This document shows positions 43,501 through 58,500 of a stretch of 64,000 bases of DNA, piece by piece (the first letter of the stretch is position 1; each line of letters begins with the position of its first letter). Location of the stretch: NCBI GenBank assembly GCA_013265495.1, contig MU058441.1, positions 62,001-126,000 on the forward strand. The letters run 5' to 3'. The translations under genes were made by a program, and so were the position numbers. Source of the stretch: Vicugna vicugna. Taxonomy: Eukaryota. The notes beneath the pieces are model-generated. The model made no database searches. It was not told the origin of the DNA and saw only the letters and a list, made by a program, of their open reading frames with translations.

Positions 43501-46500
43501 CCAGCCTCTTGGGAGAATGGGGACATTGGAATAAACATCTTGATTCCTGCAACCACTATAGCTGTCAAGTTTTTTTTTCTTTTTCTTTTTTTAATTAAAG
43601 TTATTTTTTCTTATTATTAACACTAATAGTAATACAATATACTATTTGATAAATGCTTGCTATGTACCAGTCACTCGGCTATGTGGTTAACTTACCCTTT
43701 CAACAACCCTGTTTCTGGGAAAGTATCGTTTCTGTTTTACTGATGAGGAAAGGAAGGAGCCGTGAGGTAGAGAAACTTGCCTGAAGTCCCACAGCTAGTA
43801 AGTAGCAAGGCTGGGATTTGAAGGCTGGTCGGACTGAAGCCTGTGCTCCTAATCTCGGTGCCAGCTTCAGGGACGTAGTTGGGATGTGCTGCAGCAGACC
43901 AGTCTGCTGCTCTTAGTCAGTGTTAAGCAGCTTCGACCTCCTTATCTCCAAGATCAAAGTGCTTGTGGTTGGAAGGGACCTTAGAGGTCATCTAGATCCT
44001 ACCTCCTACCAAGTACTGCAGGCCTCTTGGAAAGGTTCCCAATGGTCCTTTGGCCTCTGTCTGAACATTTCCTTCATAAGAACTATTTATGTGGCAGTCA
44101 GTCTTGTTTTTGGAGACCTTCTCATGTTAAACAGAAGTTGCTTTCTAGTGATTTCTGTCCATTGGTTATGTGTGACTCTCAGAACAACGTTAAGTCCTTT
44201 CCTCATTCACACGATGACTCTTCAGGTGAAGGAATGGACAGCCCATTCCCTAAACTTTATCATGTGACATGACTTTTTGGTCTCCCTCCTTTAGACCCTT
44301 CCTAGTTTCTAAATGCCCTTCATCAGGTGAGGTGCAGATTCCAGAAATGGTTGGATTCGTGGAGAGCACGGCAGAGCAGTCTGTCCTGGCCACGTCATTG
44401 TCTAGTCAGCCTTCATCGTCTGGTCAACCAGAGCACCAGTGTTTCCCGCAGGAACTGCACCCATCACGACAGTCTTTCTCATCTTGTTCTTGAGGCACTT
44501 TTTGTTTATCTCCGTTAATTGTTGATTTCAAGACTCCATTTTAGCCTGCGGAGTTAATTTTCATCTTAACTCTGCCTTTCAACATTTTGGCTGCACTCCT
44601 CACTTTGGTATTCGTGGCTTCTGCATCTTCATCTAGTTGTTGGTAATGTCAAACAGGATACTCCCGCACCATGCCGTGACACATAGATCCATGGATTAGA
44701 ATCTTATTCTGTTATTGGGTTTATTGTCCTGAGGAACTAGATTACATGCCTTAATGAACTCAGGATAGAAGACCATCTGCAGTGTTCTTTGAATGTCCTG
44801 GCCTGGAAATCTGATCAAAAAAGAGACTAGGTGAGCTGGCTTGTTCCGTAGTGAACTCATGTCATTTCCTCTGGGAAGGACTTGGTTTCTTAAAGGATCA
44901 TAGGTTCTGTATGATAAGCTATTTTTTAAAAAAAATTTTAGAGAATGACAGTCTTTTCAATTTGTAGTTTTGGAATTTCTCTTTTCCTCTTTTATGAAGA
45001 TCAGTGCAGGATTAGTCCTTCTCTAGGCTTTAAGGGACTTTGCTCCTTCCCTGCAACTGCTTAGGGATTACTACCTAGTTCTGAAATCACTGCTGTGTGT
45101 TTTAGTTGTATTACAGCAGGATTCAGTAATTCTAGACGAGAAAGTTTAAGTCTATTAAAACTAATTCTAAAGCTGTGAGCACCTGTCTTTGGTTTTAGTC
45201 CTTACTGAATGATAGCTGTTCTACTGTTAGTAGCAGAGCGAAATAGATCAACAGCTCTGCCCTTTTTCCGCATCATCTTCCCAAAGCAATGTTGCTCCAA
45301 ACATTTAAAAAAAAACAACACAAAAACCACCATTAGCGTTTTTGATGAACATATGTACTTTGGATTATAACCTTTTTTTCCATTAGGTATCAGACAAACA
45401 ATTCATGTCCACCAAAGAAAATTTGGAAAGTAGAGTAAGAAGAAAATTTGTCCACAGACCCCACACAAACCCAGTCATTGTCAGCATTGTGTGTATTTCC
45501 TTTTAATCTTTTCTCGGTGTGGACTTTATTTTTGTTTTTCCCTTTGTAGTCATACTGCTTTCTTCCTTTTCACTTGACAGTCTGTCGTCAGCATTTTCCA
45601 CGGCATTGTGTAGCCTTGTGTTACTCTTGCAGATTCCTCGATTTCTTACATTTACCCTTCATCCATCTGCCATTTGTGTTCTTTGGTGAATTGTGCTCAC
45701 CTAAGCTTTGCTGCCTTCTCTTTTCTTGGGATCGCCTCTTACACTCTGAGTTACTATATTTCTTGTCTTCCAAATTTTTCATCATTCTAATCTGAGGCTT
45801 TGGGATTGGCTACTTTTTTTCTGCATTTTCAGAAATCTACTTTCCAAAAGATTTGAGTTCTGTGTCCTGTCATTCATTGTCTTCTTCCTGTTAGAAAATC
45901 CAAGATGACGCCCTCACCATCTCACTTGTAGTCAGCACTCAGTAAATGCCCAGTTCGTCTGTTCACTGCCGCCTCAGCCGTTAGTCCTTTCCCATCAGTT
46001 GGTCATAAATCTAGGTGCCTTCTTTGTGGTTTTGTTTTATTTTAAGCAGCAGCATTGTCAGCAAGGTGAGGTGGTATTGAGCATTGTCCTTTGGCAGACT
46101 TCCATCAAACCTTGAGCTTAGCAAAGTTCCCATCTCCAGTGGATCTTGCCATACTGTCAGTTTGGTTCTCTTTTGAGAGTGAACCTTTTTTATCCTCCAG
46201 CCGACTGAGTCTAGTTTCTCTCTTCAGTGGTATGGCTTTTGTATGTCTTTCTTATCTTTACCAGCTTTTTTTTTTTTAATTGAGGTATAATTGGCATATA
46301 ACACGGTTTCAGGTATACAGCGTAATGATTTGCTATTTGTATACATTTACCTGCTTCTTTTGCACATGGTTGTCCACTGTCTGTTTCTAGATGTGTATAC
46401 CACTCCCTCTACATTAAAATTTAGACGTCTGAGGCCAGGAAGTTTTGTTCCTTATACTCTTACCTTTTGTTTTTAAGCTCTTTCTTCACCTGTAGAGTTT

Positions 46501-49500
46501 TTTTTTTTTAAATGTTGTTGTAGTGTTTTATTAGAACAACACTGTGATACTCTTGGTATTTGTTTTTGTCATTTCTCTTGGTTCTTATTTTCTCTGCTTG
46601 TCTCATATATGATTCAGTTCTTTGTATCATATCAGCATCTCCTGCAAGATTTTTTCTGCCTGCTCCTCACTCTGTTTCCTCCACCATCACTAAGAGTTCT
46701 CCTTGTTGTTTGTTGTCTTCTTCAGAACCATCTCTTTACTTCCCATAGGATTTTTTCCTCCAAAGTCATGGCCTTTGGCTTGAAGAACTGAGAAGCCCCC
46801 TGGGCTGACCCCTTCTGTTTCTCATCCTGCGTGTTAGAGTGTGGCCCTCCATCTCATTTGGGCCTCTGTTCTTTGTTGCATTGCTTGGATTCATAAGTCT
46901 TGATGAACCTGGGTTGTCAGGAAGGTACTTTCTTGCTTTATCCTGGCCACACCTCATGGGCTCCCATCAGACTTATCTTTTACTCTTCAAAATGCCAAAA
47001 AAATAAAAATTAAAAATAATTTTCATCGGAAAGTATTCACATGTATTTCAAGTTCATTTGTTATAAATAAAATATATGATATATAAAAACATACTTGGGA
47101 GTAATGGACATTGAATTCTTTACAGAATTATTCTGGAGAAGGCAGGGAGAGAAGGGATGTGGAGAGCTTACACAGGCCCTAGTTTTATATGTAATATTAT
47201 ATTTGCCTCAAATCTTTAAAAGAAATTATGCATAAAGCTAGGTGATGGATATATAGGTATCTGAAAATACTTTTTCTTACTGTTGACTTAATTGACATTT
47301 CACAATTAAAAAGACAAGTGAAATAATGTGCTTAAAGTTAACACAGTTCTGGTAAGGCTCTAAGTTCCTTTTTGACTGCAGCCTTTAACCTTTCTTTCTC
47401 TCCAGAGGTACCAGTTGTTATCAGTGTGGAGTGAATTCTTTTTATAGGTATTTGTGTACACAAATATGTACCCTTAGAAAATATATGGTGGTGTTTATGT
47501 GTTAATGTTTTTGTTTTCTTGGGGGTGAGGTAGTTAAGTTTATTAATTAATTAATTAATTATTATTTTTTAATGATGGTCCTGGGAATTGAACCCAGGAC
47601 CTCATGCATGCTAAGCATATGCTCCACGACTGAGCTCTACCCTCCCCTTAATTTTTTTAATGTATGTATTTTTCTGCTCTTGCTTTTTTCACTCAATAAT
47701 ATGTCTTAGAATCATTCCATGGTATATAATAAATCATTGTTTTTAACTGCTTAATATTCTATAATATGAATAAACCATGATTCATTTAATATGGATAAAC
47801 CATAATTTATTACTCTAATAGATCGTGGGTTATTAAGATAGTGCTGCAGTGAGCATCTCCATGAGAGCCACTCTGAACCCACGTGTATTCAGGGTCAGTA
47901 CTGAGGATTCCTGTGCCTGTAGGGCTTAAGTTTGTAGTAAATGCTCCCAGCCCGCCCTGCAGAGGTGCTGTGCCAGTTCTCACTGCCACCAGCAGAGGGA
48001 GCAGCTCTTTGCCCCACACTGCCACTCATTTGATACTAAAAAGACATAAATTAAAAACTTGGTCAGTGAAAACTGAGATCTTGTTTTAATGTGCATTTTC
48101 CTGATTAGTAGTGAGGCCAACCATCTCTTCATATGACCGTTTTCCTTTTCTGTTTCTTTTTGGGTGAATTCCTTGTTCGTGTCCTTTTGCTCATTTTTAT
48201 TTGGGGCTGTCATTTTCTTATTGATTTGTAGGATTTCTTTGCTCTAGTTTCATACTTTGCTTTCCATCCAGGGGCAACATCTCTTCTTTTCAGAATTATC
48301 TTGACTATCACACATTTCTTTTTGACATAACATTTAAAAAACTTCAGAATCAGCTTATCAAGTTTAATGGATAATCCTGTTGAATTTGGGATTGCTCTAA
48401 TTACTACAGGTTAGTTTGAGGGGAAGTATCATGTATATTATCAACACCATTTGTTTAGTCTTTCTCAGCCTAATAGACCTGTCCTGAATTAAGTTATTTG
48501 TTCAATACTATTATTCTGTGATAAAAAGTTAAAATAGTTTACCATCAAGTCCCATTTTCTTTTGAAATATTTGTCAACTCTTTCAGTTTATTTCTTTTCT
48601 GAACACCTATTATCTGAACTGTTACGGAAAGGTACTGGTGAGATGTGCAACAGCAGATAGGAAAAATCTGTCATCTTTTCTGTGTCTTGTTTTTCTAGCA
48701 ATCCCCAAAGTGAGACTGGAGACAATCTACATTTGTGGAGTAGATGAGATGAGTACCCAGGACATCTTTTCCTACTTTAAAGAATATCCCCCTGCTCACA
48801 TCGAGTGGCTGGATGATACCTCCTGTAAGTACACTCACATGTTCCGTTGACTGTGCTTTTGTTTATGATTATACGAGAGTTCTTACCATCTCAAATGGTG
48901 AATGATTGTGGCCCAGACTATGCCCTTAGCCTAGGAGAGAAAGCATTGCCCACTGACAAGAACCAGAGTGTGTTAACCAATCTGCCAGATCGTACCCCAG
49001 GAGTGTTCTGAGTCAGCTCAGAGGTGGTGATCAAACCTTGAGGAGGTTCGTTGCTGGCATCCGAGTCTAGGGTACATGACTGAGGCCTCTCTAACACCCA
49101 CAGTTTCCCACCAAAGGAGTGGGTCCAAGTGTGTAGACTTGGGGCTGCGTTTTCCAGGCTTCAGACTGTGTCATTGCAGCTTGCCATACAGCTCTTCAGC
49201 AGGCTGTCTCTGACCTGGATACTAGACTAGAAACCTCTGACACTGTGCCAGACCTCTTGTCTCTGCTTGCTTTGGACTGTGTTTTCTAGAGCTTCATCTG
49301 CTTGCCCTAATCTGGGCTGTTCAGCTTATGAGCTAACTGTAATTTTTAACTTGCCTCCCAGTCCAAGTCTGTCCTGAGCTCTGGTAACGATTCTGCTGGC
49401 TTCTTCTGTAGACTCACTTCTCCTCTGGCTTTATTCAGCACCAGCTTGCTGACCTGGTTTTCCTGGTTTCCTGGTCTTTCCAGCTGCTTTCTTTAGATGT

Positions 49501-52500
49501 TAATTCAGTGCTTTCATTGAAAGAAGAACAAACATGACTGAGTAAAAGATTTTTCTCCTTTTTTCTTTTTGCTTAACTTAGACCATCCAAATCAGGGGTT
49601 GGCAAACCTTTTTTATAAAGGGCGAGGTAATAAATATTTTAGGCTTTGCAGTCTCTGTGGAATCTGCCGAGCTCTGCCAGTGTAGCATGCTAGCAGCCAT
49701 AGACAATATAATTGAATGAGCCTGGCTGTTTTCTGTAGCACTTTATTTACAAAAACAGGTGGTGGGTGTGTAGTTTATTGTACATTAGTTATAACTAAAT
49801 ACAGCTGGTACAAGTATAAATAGATAAATGGATGAATGGATGAATAAATAAATAACAGACGGTTGGCTGGATTTGGCCTACTGGTTATAGTTTGCTAACC
49901 TCTGAGTTAACTCATTAAACTGGTAGCTAAGGGATATTAGAGTCAGGGGGACCCTTAGAATCATCCAGTTCAGCTACCTCATTTTGTACATCAGAAACTG
50001 AGGAGCAGAGGAGGGAAATTATTTGCTCAAGACCATGTGGCATATTATTAACAGAAATGAGAATCTTTAGACCTTCATTTCTCAAACTGAGACATAGGGA
50101 TAGCATAAGGTTGAGAAGTGCTGCTTTAAAGTTAAAGTTCTCAAAACCTTTTTCTTGGGTAAATTCTCTAAGAATAAAATTAAATTGGTTGCTGCAAAGC
50201 CAAGTGGCTGTCACGCCTCCGTTGTATATATCCCATGGGCGCCATCATCAGCCACACTTTATAACAGGGGAAGATCATTTAGTATGTCCAGATGACAAGG
50301 GACAGCAGAGGGCTTCCACGGAGAGGGCAGAAGAATAAGGGATAATCCAAATTTCTCTGACAGTCGTCATCATTGTCAAGAACTGCTAACAGTTGTGCGT
50401 AACACTGTGTGCCAGGCGGTTTTAATATACAGAAGCCTTTTTCGTGGAATACTTGACCATTCTTTTGTGGAACCCAGCTTGGGAATGCAGCTCTGGGCTA
50501 ACTTTATCAGAGGTTTTGCTACCACTTTCTGTATACTTCCTTTCCTAGTTGGTTTGTACGCTTACTGATGCCAGCTGAATGACACTGCAGCGATGAATAT
50601 GATATATTCTCTGCCCTCAAGAAAGTTACCGTTTGAACGCGACGTACGGTGTTATTTTACATCTTATTTTAGGTAATGTGGTTTGGTTGGATGAAATAAC
50701 AGCCACACGAGCCCTTATCAACATGAGCTCCCTGCCAGCCCTGGATAAGATAAGAAGCAGGGATGCCAGTGAGGACAAGTCATCTGAGAAAAGTAAAAAA
50801 GGTAACTGACCACGAAGGAGGGGCTTTGGAGCTAAAAGTCCTGTTCTTTGCAGTTTGAGTTTCTATGCAAAGTGTTACATAGCATCTCATCGCCAGCTAT
50901 TTCTGAAATAAGCTATGATGCTTTGGGTCATTTGTTAAGAGGAGGAGGAAATATTAGACTTTTAACATATATGAGATGGAGTTATGTTAAGGTTCATCTT
51001 GTCCCTCACATTCCGTTTTAGACAAACAGGAAGACAGTTCAGATGATGATGAGGCTGAAGAAGGAGAAGTTGAAGATGAGAACTCAAGTGATGTAGAGGT
51101 CAGTAAGAGGACAAAGATATGTGGAAGGTTGCACTGTAAACACTTGCTTCCTGTCGCGTTATTTAAGCCTTAAAGAATTAGCTAGCTGTGTTCTTCCTCT
51201 GACTTCCACCATTACACCTTCTGAGAGGGCACCAGACTCTTGGCCTTGAAGTTCCCGTGGCTGGAGTGAATGCTTCGTCTTAAGATCTTAGTACTCACAC
51301 TTCTGTGTTAAAGAAATGTTTTTATTGAGAAATACTTCAGAGTGTTATCTCATCAGTAAAATTAAAGAATATTGGCATATTTCTTAATGGAGTATCTATT
51401 ATTGTTGGAAATATTAAAGTGTATTCATTTAAAACTTATTTATTGAATATCTTTAAATATACCAGATTCTTGGTGCTGGGGATATAGAGTCAAGCAGATC
51501 AAAGTCCTTGCTCTGCTGGAGTCTACATTTTAGCGGGGAGGACAGACAATACACAGTATGCAGGTATATAATATAATGTCCACAAGTGATGAGTGTTGTG
51601 GAGAAAAATAGAGAAGGGTAAGCGGATAGAGAAAGATGGAGATGATTAGACAGGGTGGTCAGGGAAGACCTCTGACTTAGACGTTCTGCAGTAATGCTGG
51701 TGGGTGTTATTAAAGGCAGATTGCTTCCTTAATCAATAATTTTGCTACTCCATAAATATGAAAAAGGCTCTAATTTTTGTATTGAAAATGTTCTTTTCTC
51801 TTAAGCTGGACACGTTGTCTCAGGTAGAAGAAGAGTCTTTGCTAAGAAACGATCTTCGTCCAGCTAACAAACTTGCTAAAGGAAATAGGTTATTCATGAG
51901 ATTTGCTACAAAAGGTAAATGTGGTAATTGGTATTGATTTTTATTTTTAGTGAAAGTGACCTGTTACCGAGTGACATCCTTCTCTTTTGAATTGGAAGTT
52001 AAATCGAGTAACTCAAAGATCCTTTAAACTGTCATATTCTGTGCTTATAAAATTGATGGCTTGCTGTCTGAGTTGGAATTTCAGACTTTGAAAGTGAATC
52101 TTAGCTATTTATATACTTTTGTGATTTCTGGCTAAGGTAAGTTATTTTCTGTTAAAGCTGGTTTGCCCCATGTGCTTTTCAACCAGTTTTTCATCTGAAC
52201 TGTGAAAACTTTTTAAAATTATATTTTATGTATCACAGCAGTATCTTCCTGGAAATTGCTAATGGTGACATTCAACTCTAATTCTCTGAGGAATTAAAAT
52301 TAAGAGCCTTTTAACAATTTATAAGGCTTTTATGCACAGTGATTTTGGTATGCGTTAATAATATATGTATATGTGTGTTTTGAATCAATTGAGAGTTAAT
52401 TGGAGGTGACAACCCTTACATCCCTGAATACTTCAGTATGTATTTCTGAAGAACAAGGACTTTGTCTTACACACAGTTACCAAAATCAGGAAATTTAACT

Positions 52501-55500
52501 TTAATACAATGCTATTACCTAATCCATAATCCACATTCAGATTTTACCAGTAGTTCCCCCTCTCTTTATATTAAAACTGCCTGTCACACAGGGAGTGCTC
52601 TGTAAGTGTTAGAAGTTCTTGTTGATGATGATGATTGTCAAATAAATCTGGATCATTCTTTGTACTACTCCCCCACTAAACTAGGATCCACTCCAGGACC
52701 GGGTGTTGAAGTATGCCATGTCTCCTCTGTCTCCCTGAGTGTGGAACTGCTCCTCTGCTTTGTCTCCCTTGACTAAGACATTTTTAAAGGGGACAGGGTC
52801 ATCAGTTTACAAGCTGCCCCTCAGTTTTGGTTTGTCTGATGTCTCCTCGTTAGATTCAGGTTGTGCACTTTAGGCAAAAATATCACAGAAGTGATGTCGT
52901 GTCGTTTTCATCACATCAGCAGGCACATTGTATTTATTTGTGCCATTTGTGGGGATGTTAACCTTCATCACTTGGTTAAGGTAATGGTTGCCAGGTTTCT
53001 CCACTGTAAAGTTACTTCTTTTCCATTTATAAGTTAAAGATCTGTGGGGAGATACTTTGAGATTATGTAAACAGCCTGTTGCTCATCAAACTTGCATGCA
53101 ATCGCTTTAGCATCCATTCATGATTTTTTAAATTTCTCTTTATTAGTTGGCAGTCTTTTGTAAGGAAAAAATGTTCCCATTTTTACCCATTTACCTACTT
53201 AATTTATATCAGTTTAGATTCATGAAGTTTTATTTTATTTAGTGAGTCTCAGGCATTCTATTGCTGTTTTGATTCACAGATTATCTTGGATTTGGCCAGT
53301 AGCTCCCCTTCAAGCTGTGTTCCTTTGACATGCCTGCCTCTTTCTTTGAGCACTTTCTTCCTTTATGGCTCAATAAAACATCTTGTTTTTCCAGACTCAG
53401 CTTGTACTGTCCCTGCCCCAGATCTGGAATCAGCCATTTCTCCAAGAAGCTGGTGGGCATGTTTTCCCTAGGGTGAAACTTCTGGTTTATGCCACTAAGT
53501 TTACCTGCAGCACTGGGTACTTCCTCATCCTTGCAGTCAGTGGGTGCCCGGGAAGCTGTCAGAGACCTAAAATATGGATGGTCACCGACCACCTGTTCTT
53601 CCTATTAACATTTTAACTTGATCAGTGGGATCTTTTCTACATTTACTTATTTGAGGGGCCATTTGAGTGCATTATAGATCTACGTTGCTATGCTGTTTTC
53701 CTTTAGCTGTTTTGAGGAACATCACGATCAAATGGAGAAAAAAATGGCTTCCCAAGTATATGGATTTAGGTATAATCTGTTTCTTTAACCCGAATCTGTG
53801 TTATTGGAGTGTTTTCATTCTGGGGGGCACTAAAAATGCTACCTCTTCTAAAACCTTTTTGATTCCTGAACACTAGTAATGACTGAAGCTGTTTTACGCT
53901 TCTTAGAACCTGCTATATTGTATTGTTTCAGTTTTTTAAAATAGTATTTCTCTGTGAGGTCAGTCAGCTCCTTAACAGCAGCTTAACCTCATTCATCTCT
54001 GAATTTCGCTCCACCCTCTCCACACTGCACTGCATTAGTAGGCATCCAGAGGGTGAATGTGTACCGTGCGTCTTCCCCTTTTGTTGGCAGATTGTGCTGA
54101 TCTGATCCTAGCTCTGTAGGGCATTCTTTTTTTTTTTTAACTGATTCAACTTCACACCCACAGAAAATCGTCATAACTGTTGTAATTAACTTTTAGATGA
54201 CAAAAAGGAACTTGGAGCAGCAAGGAGAAGTCAGTATTACATGAAATACGGGAATCCAAATTATGGAGGCATGAAAGGAATTCTTAGTAATTCTTGGTGA
54301 GTCCAAAACCTTAAAATGCAACAATTTAAATGGTACTTAAGCTTTTCTCAGTCCTTCCTGGTATTCTGCAGTGGGATGTCAATACCATGTGTAGCCCTGA
54401 AGGAAGACAAGAAGAAGGAGTTAAAGATTTTTAACTATGGTAGATGGTGTGAGAAAGCTGAGTTTCAGGTTCACTTCAAATGTCTCTGTTTCATTACCTA
54501 ACATTGTGAAAGTGTGTAGCTGATGTTAATTTGTGGATTTCAAGGTTGGTTTTTGATTATGTTCTTATTTTGGCAATGTGCAGGAAGCGAAGGTACCATT
54601 CCCGTCGCATTCAGCGGGATGTGATCAAGAAGAGAGCCCTGATTGGGGACGACGTTGGCTTGACGTCCTATAAACACCGACATTCCGGTAGTTGCCTGCT
54701 CAGCTCTTGGGTAGACACATGTTTGGCTCCCGAAATCGTATTTTTATTCTTAACACAGTCTTTTAAGGTTCCAAACTTTATCATCCTCTCTTCCTTGCCC
54801 TCACCCTCTGCCAACATATAGGAAAGTAAGTCAAGTCACAGTTAATTTTAAATTGCCCATACAAAGAGGTCAAATGATTTTATAAAAGCTGTTCTAACAA
54901 TAAAGGCCAAATGTAGGAAAAATTAAAGCTTTTCTTAGGAATCTCATTTTTCAATTAACATCAAAAGCTGCATGAAAAAAATTGTTTAAATGTATTTTGT
55001 CAGATGAGTTGATTTTATTGTTTCTTTGTCTGATGATGAAAATAGGCTGCTCTGTCTAGTGTTCCGTGCTTGTTGGCTTGTGCACGTGACTGCCTCAGTT
55101 AAGTGGAAGACCATGACTTGGGTTTCATTTAGTTTCTGCTTTCTTTCTTTCTGCTTTTCTTTCTCCCTCCCTCCCTCCTCTTTTTCCTTCCTTTTGGTGC
55201 TTGTTGTAAAAGAACCATTTTCATTATGCTTTATAAAAATTTGTTTTAATTTTGAGAGATATCTGTGAGTCCTGTGAGATCTTCTGTGTGCTTTGTAGAA
55301 CCAGCCAAGTCAGCGTACAAACATGGAGTAACGTGCATTCACATTTATCATTGTAAATAGGGACAGGGAGAGGTGAAATCTATACATTTTAATTTAATGT
55401 GAATATCCAAACTTGCATATTTGAAATCTGCATCTTTTTTTTTTTAATTCTTATTTTTTATTGAAGTGTAGTTTACAATGTTAGTTTCAGGAATACAGTA

Positions 55501-58500
55501 AAGCAATTCAGTTACACATTTACATACATTTTTTTTCAGACTTTTTTCCATTACAAATCATTATATGAAATCTGCATCTTAAGGCAGGTACTTTTCTGTT
55601 AACACAGTTTTCGTTTTCCAATTTCAGTTGCTTTAAGATATTTTCATCACGTAATTTTTATATTCATATTAAAGAAATTAAAAAGCAAATTGCCTCTAAT
55701 TCTAGTGCTCTGCAATAACTGATTTCATTTTACGTTTTTCCTATTTTCTTTTTTCACAATAAGTACTTTAATAACTGTTGAAGACGTCTGTTTTATATTC
55801 TACTTCTTCCACTTACAAGCATTTTTCCGTGACCTTTAAACGTACAGTTGATTTTCATTATTTGTGGTGGTTATTTTCTTTGAAATCACTATGATCATAG
55901 AAGTAGCAAATACCAAACCATTCAGAGACTCTGGTCACACCATTTTCATCAACTGATCAACATACAACCTTGTTTGGTGTGTGTTTCTGTTTAAAGAGAC
56001 CTTATTTGATACATAGGTTGGTTCATCAGCATTGGACTCATGGCCAACAGCACTGTAACGCATGCCCGAACAAAGCTTATCTGACACACGGGTTTTCTCC
56101 ATAAAGCACATCATAGCCTTCTTATGCTTGGTAACACTAGACAGCTTCAGAACTATGCTTAGAGGCTGTTTTAAGCAGTGAAATCACCAATAAAAAGCTA
56201 CAAAAATGTTAAAAAGCAGCACTCACTAGGCTGCAGAAAGGACACTTGTTTCAGTGTGAGAGATGGAAACAAAAAGGCATGGCCTTGTTTGCCCTCTGGT
56301 GGGAACATGTGTGTCGAGTGCCTCAGATTTTCTGCTGCTCTGTGCATGTCCACAAATGACCACAGAAGCACATAGGTATTGATTCTGGAGTTATGAATGG
56401 ATTTGGAAAATTCCCAAGTATAGAATCTGAGAAATGATGATGGACTGTATTTTAGATAACTTTACAATACTGCATCAGGCTGCTAGGCCCTACTTTACCT
56501 AGCTGTTCTTGTGTTGTAGGGGTCAGAATGGTAACAGGTTAGCACTGCTATAGATAATGCTCCAGTAAACTCTTAGGATGGGAATCCCATCTTTTAAAAC
56601 GTTTACCGACATAGAATAGAAAATCGGACTTGTTAGTTTTAGCACTTTCCCTAATGTTTTTTGGTTAAATCCCTTAGGACTAGTGAATGTTCCCGAGGAA
56701 CCCATTGAAGAGGAGGAAGAGGAGGAGGAGGAGGAGGACCAGGACATGGACGCGGACGACAGGGTGGTGGTGGAGTACCACGAGGAGGTCCCAGCCCTCA
56801 AGCAGACTCGGGAGCGGAGCACGTCGAGGCGATCCAGTGCCAGCAGCTCAGACTCCGATGAAATGGACTATGATCTGGAACTGAAAATGATTTCCACTCC
56901 TTCACCAAAGAAAAGCATGAAAATGACGATGTATGCTGATGAAGTGGAATCCCAGTTGAAAAATATCAGGTAAAAATATTTTTTCTTTCTATCGATGCTA
57001 GCTTTTAATTTGATTTAAATGTTAACTTTTTCTTAATCCCTCCAAATTTTATAATCCCTTTTATCTATTCAGATTTCAGTCCTTTGTAGAACTTGAGTAA
57101 AAGCATCTGATTTTTCCCCTTAATATGTAAGAAGTGATCCTTGTTATAAAAGCTGTGGACTATGTAGAAAGTGAAAGACCTGGAATCTCATCTTCTCCTA
57201 AGAGGACTGCTGTTAGCAACGGATGAATAACCTTCCTGCTGCTTTTATGTGCGCATGTAACACATGGAGAAATTACAGCTACATTTGTACAAAAATGAAG
57301 TTATACTATTTACATTGTTTTGAAATATGCTTTTTCCATCTACTTATTATAGATGGCTGCTGTTTTTTCAACCATAGGTAGTTCATTGTTTGAAAGTGCC
57401 ATGATTTATTTAACCAGTCCCTTACTGACAGACATTTAGATTTCTGTTTTCTTACTGTTGCACTAACTAGATAAATTTCAGTTATTGCACAAAATGGTGT
57501 ATGTTTTAAAATGTGGTATTGCTCCTCCACTGCTAAATTCCTTGCAGGAAGCTTTTACTCTCTTGCATTACCACGTGTTACCTGCATACTCACCACCCTT
57601 CGGTATTATCACTTTGATTTTTGCTATTCATGAGCAAAAAAAGTTACAGTTATTTTAAAATGCATCTCTTTGATGACTAGTGAAGCTAAGCAGATTCCTG
57701 AGGGCGGGTCGCCTACGCACAGCTCAGAGGGCTGGAGCCTAGGGGTACTCCCGCCAGGTGTTCTTGATGATGTGTTTGGGAAACGAGGAAATCAACTTTC
57801 AGGCTGGTTTGTTTGTATGGCTTTGTTCACATCCTTACTTTTAGCTTGTAGAGACCTTTCTGATGGGAAATGCTGCCAGCGTATGGCTCGTCCCCTCAGG
57901 GAGGTGTCTTTGACAGAGACGTCTGCCCTCTAAAGACAGGCACTGTAGACTTGGTCGTGTCTAGACTGCATCCAGAGCACAGCCTGCGTGAGCAGAGGCT
58001 GCCAGCCCTTTGCAGGCCTCTCCTTAACGTCTATCCTGGAGAAGAGGACTCATAATTACTCAACAGTAGCGCACAGGGGCCATGTGTGGAAACCACCCCA
58101 GAAAACCCAAGGACCTGCTCGCCCCAGCTGGCCTCTTTGCAGCCGGCTGATTGTGACTTTTATAAACAAGTAACTATTGGTGTGTGGTATTTGTAAGTGA
58201 ATGTTGGCCATATTAGATTAGGTTTCTTAATTTGTTTTTTCCAAAGCCTATGAGATTGTTGTGTGAGTGTTATCCCACAGTTGAAATTGATTTACTGTGC
58301 CCTCCCCACCCCTTTATTTAAAGGAACTCCATGAGGTCAGATACTCTATCCACAAGCAATATAAAAAACCGAATTGGTAACAAATTACCATCTGAGAAAT
58401 TTGCAGATGTCCGACATTTGTTAGATGAAAAACGTCAACACCCACGTCCACGGCCACCGGGCAGCAGCACTAAAACAGGTATTATTGGTCAGTTGTGTTC

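Noticed and set aside
55030..55100. TGATGA box C-like motif suggesting an intronic snoRNA
   Set aside because: No suitably placed box D (CTGA) with a terminal stem.
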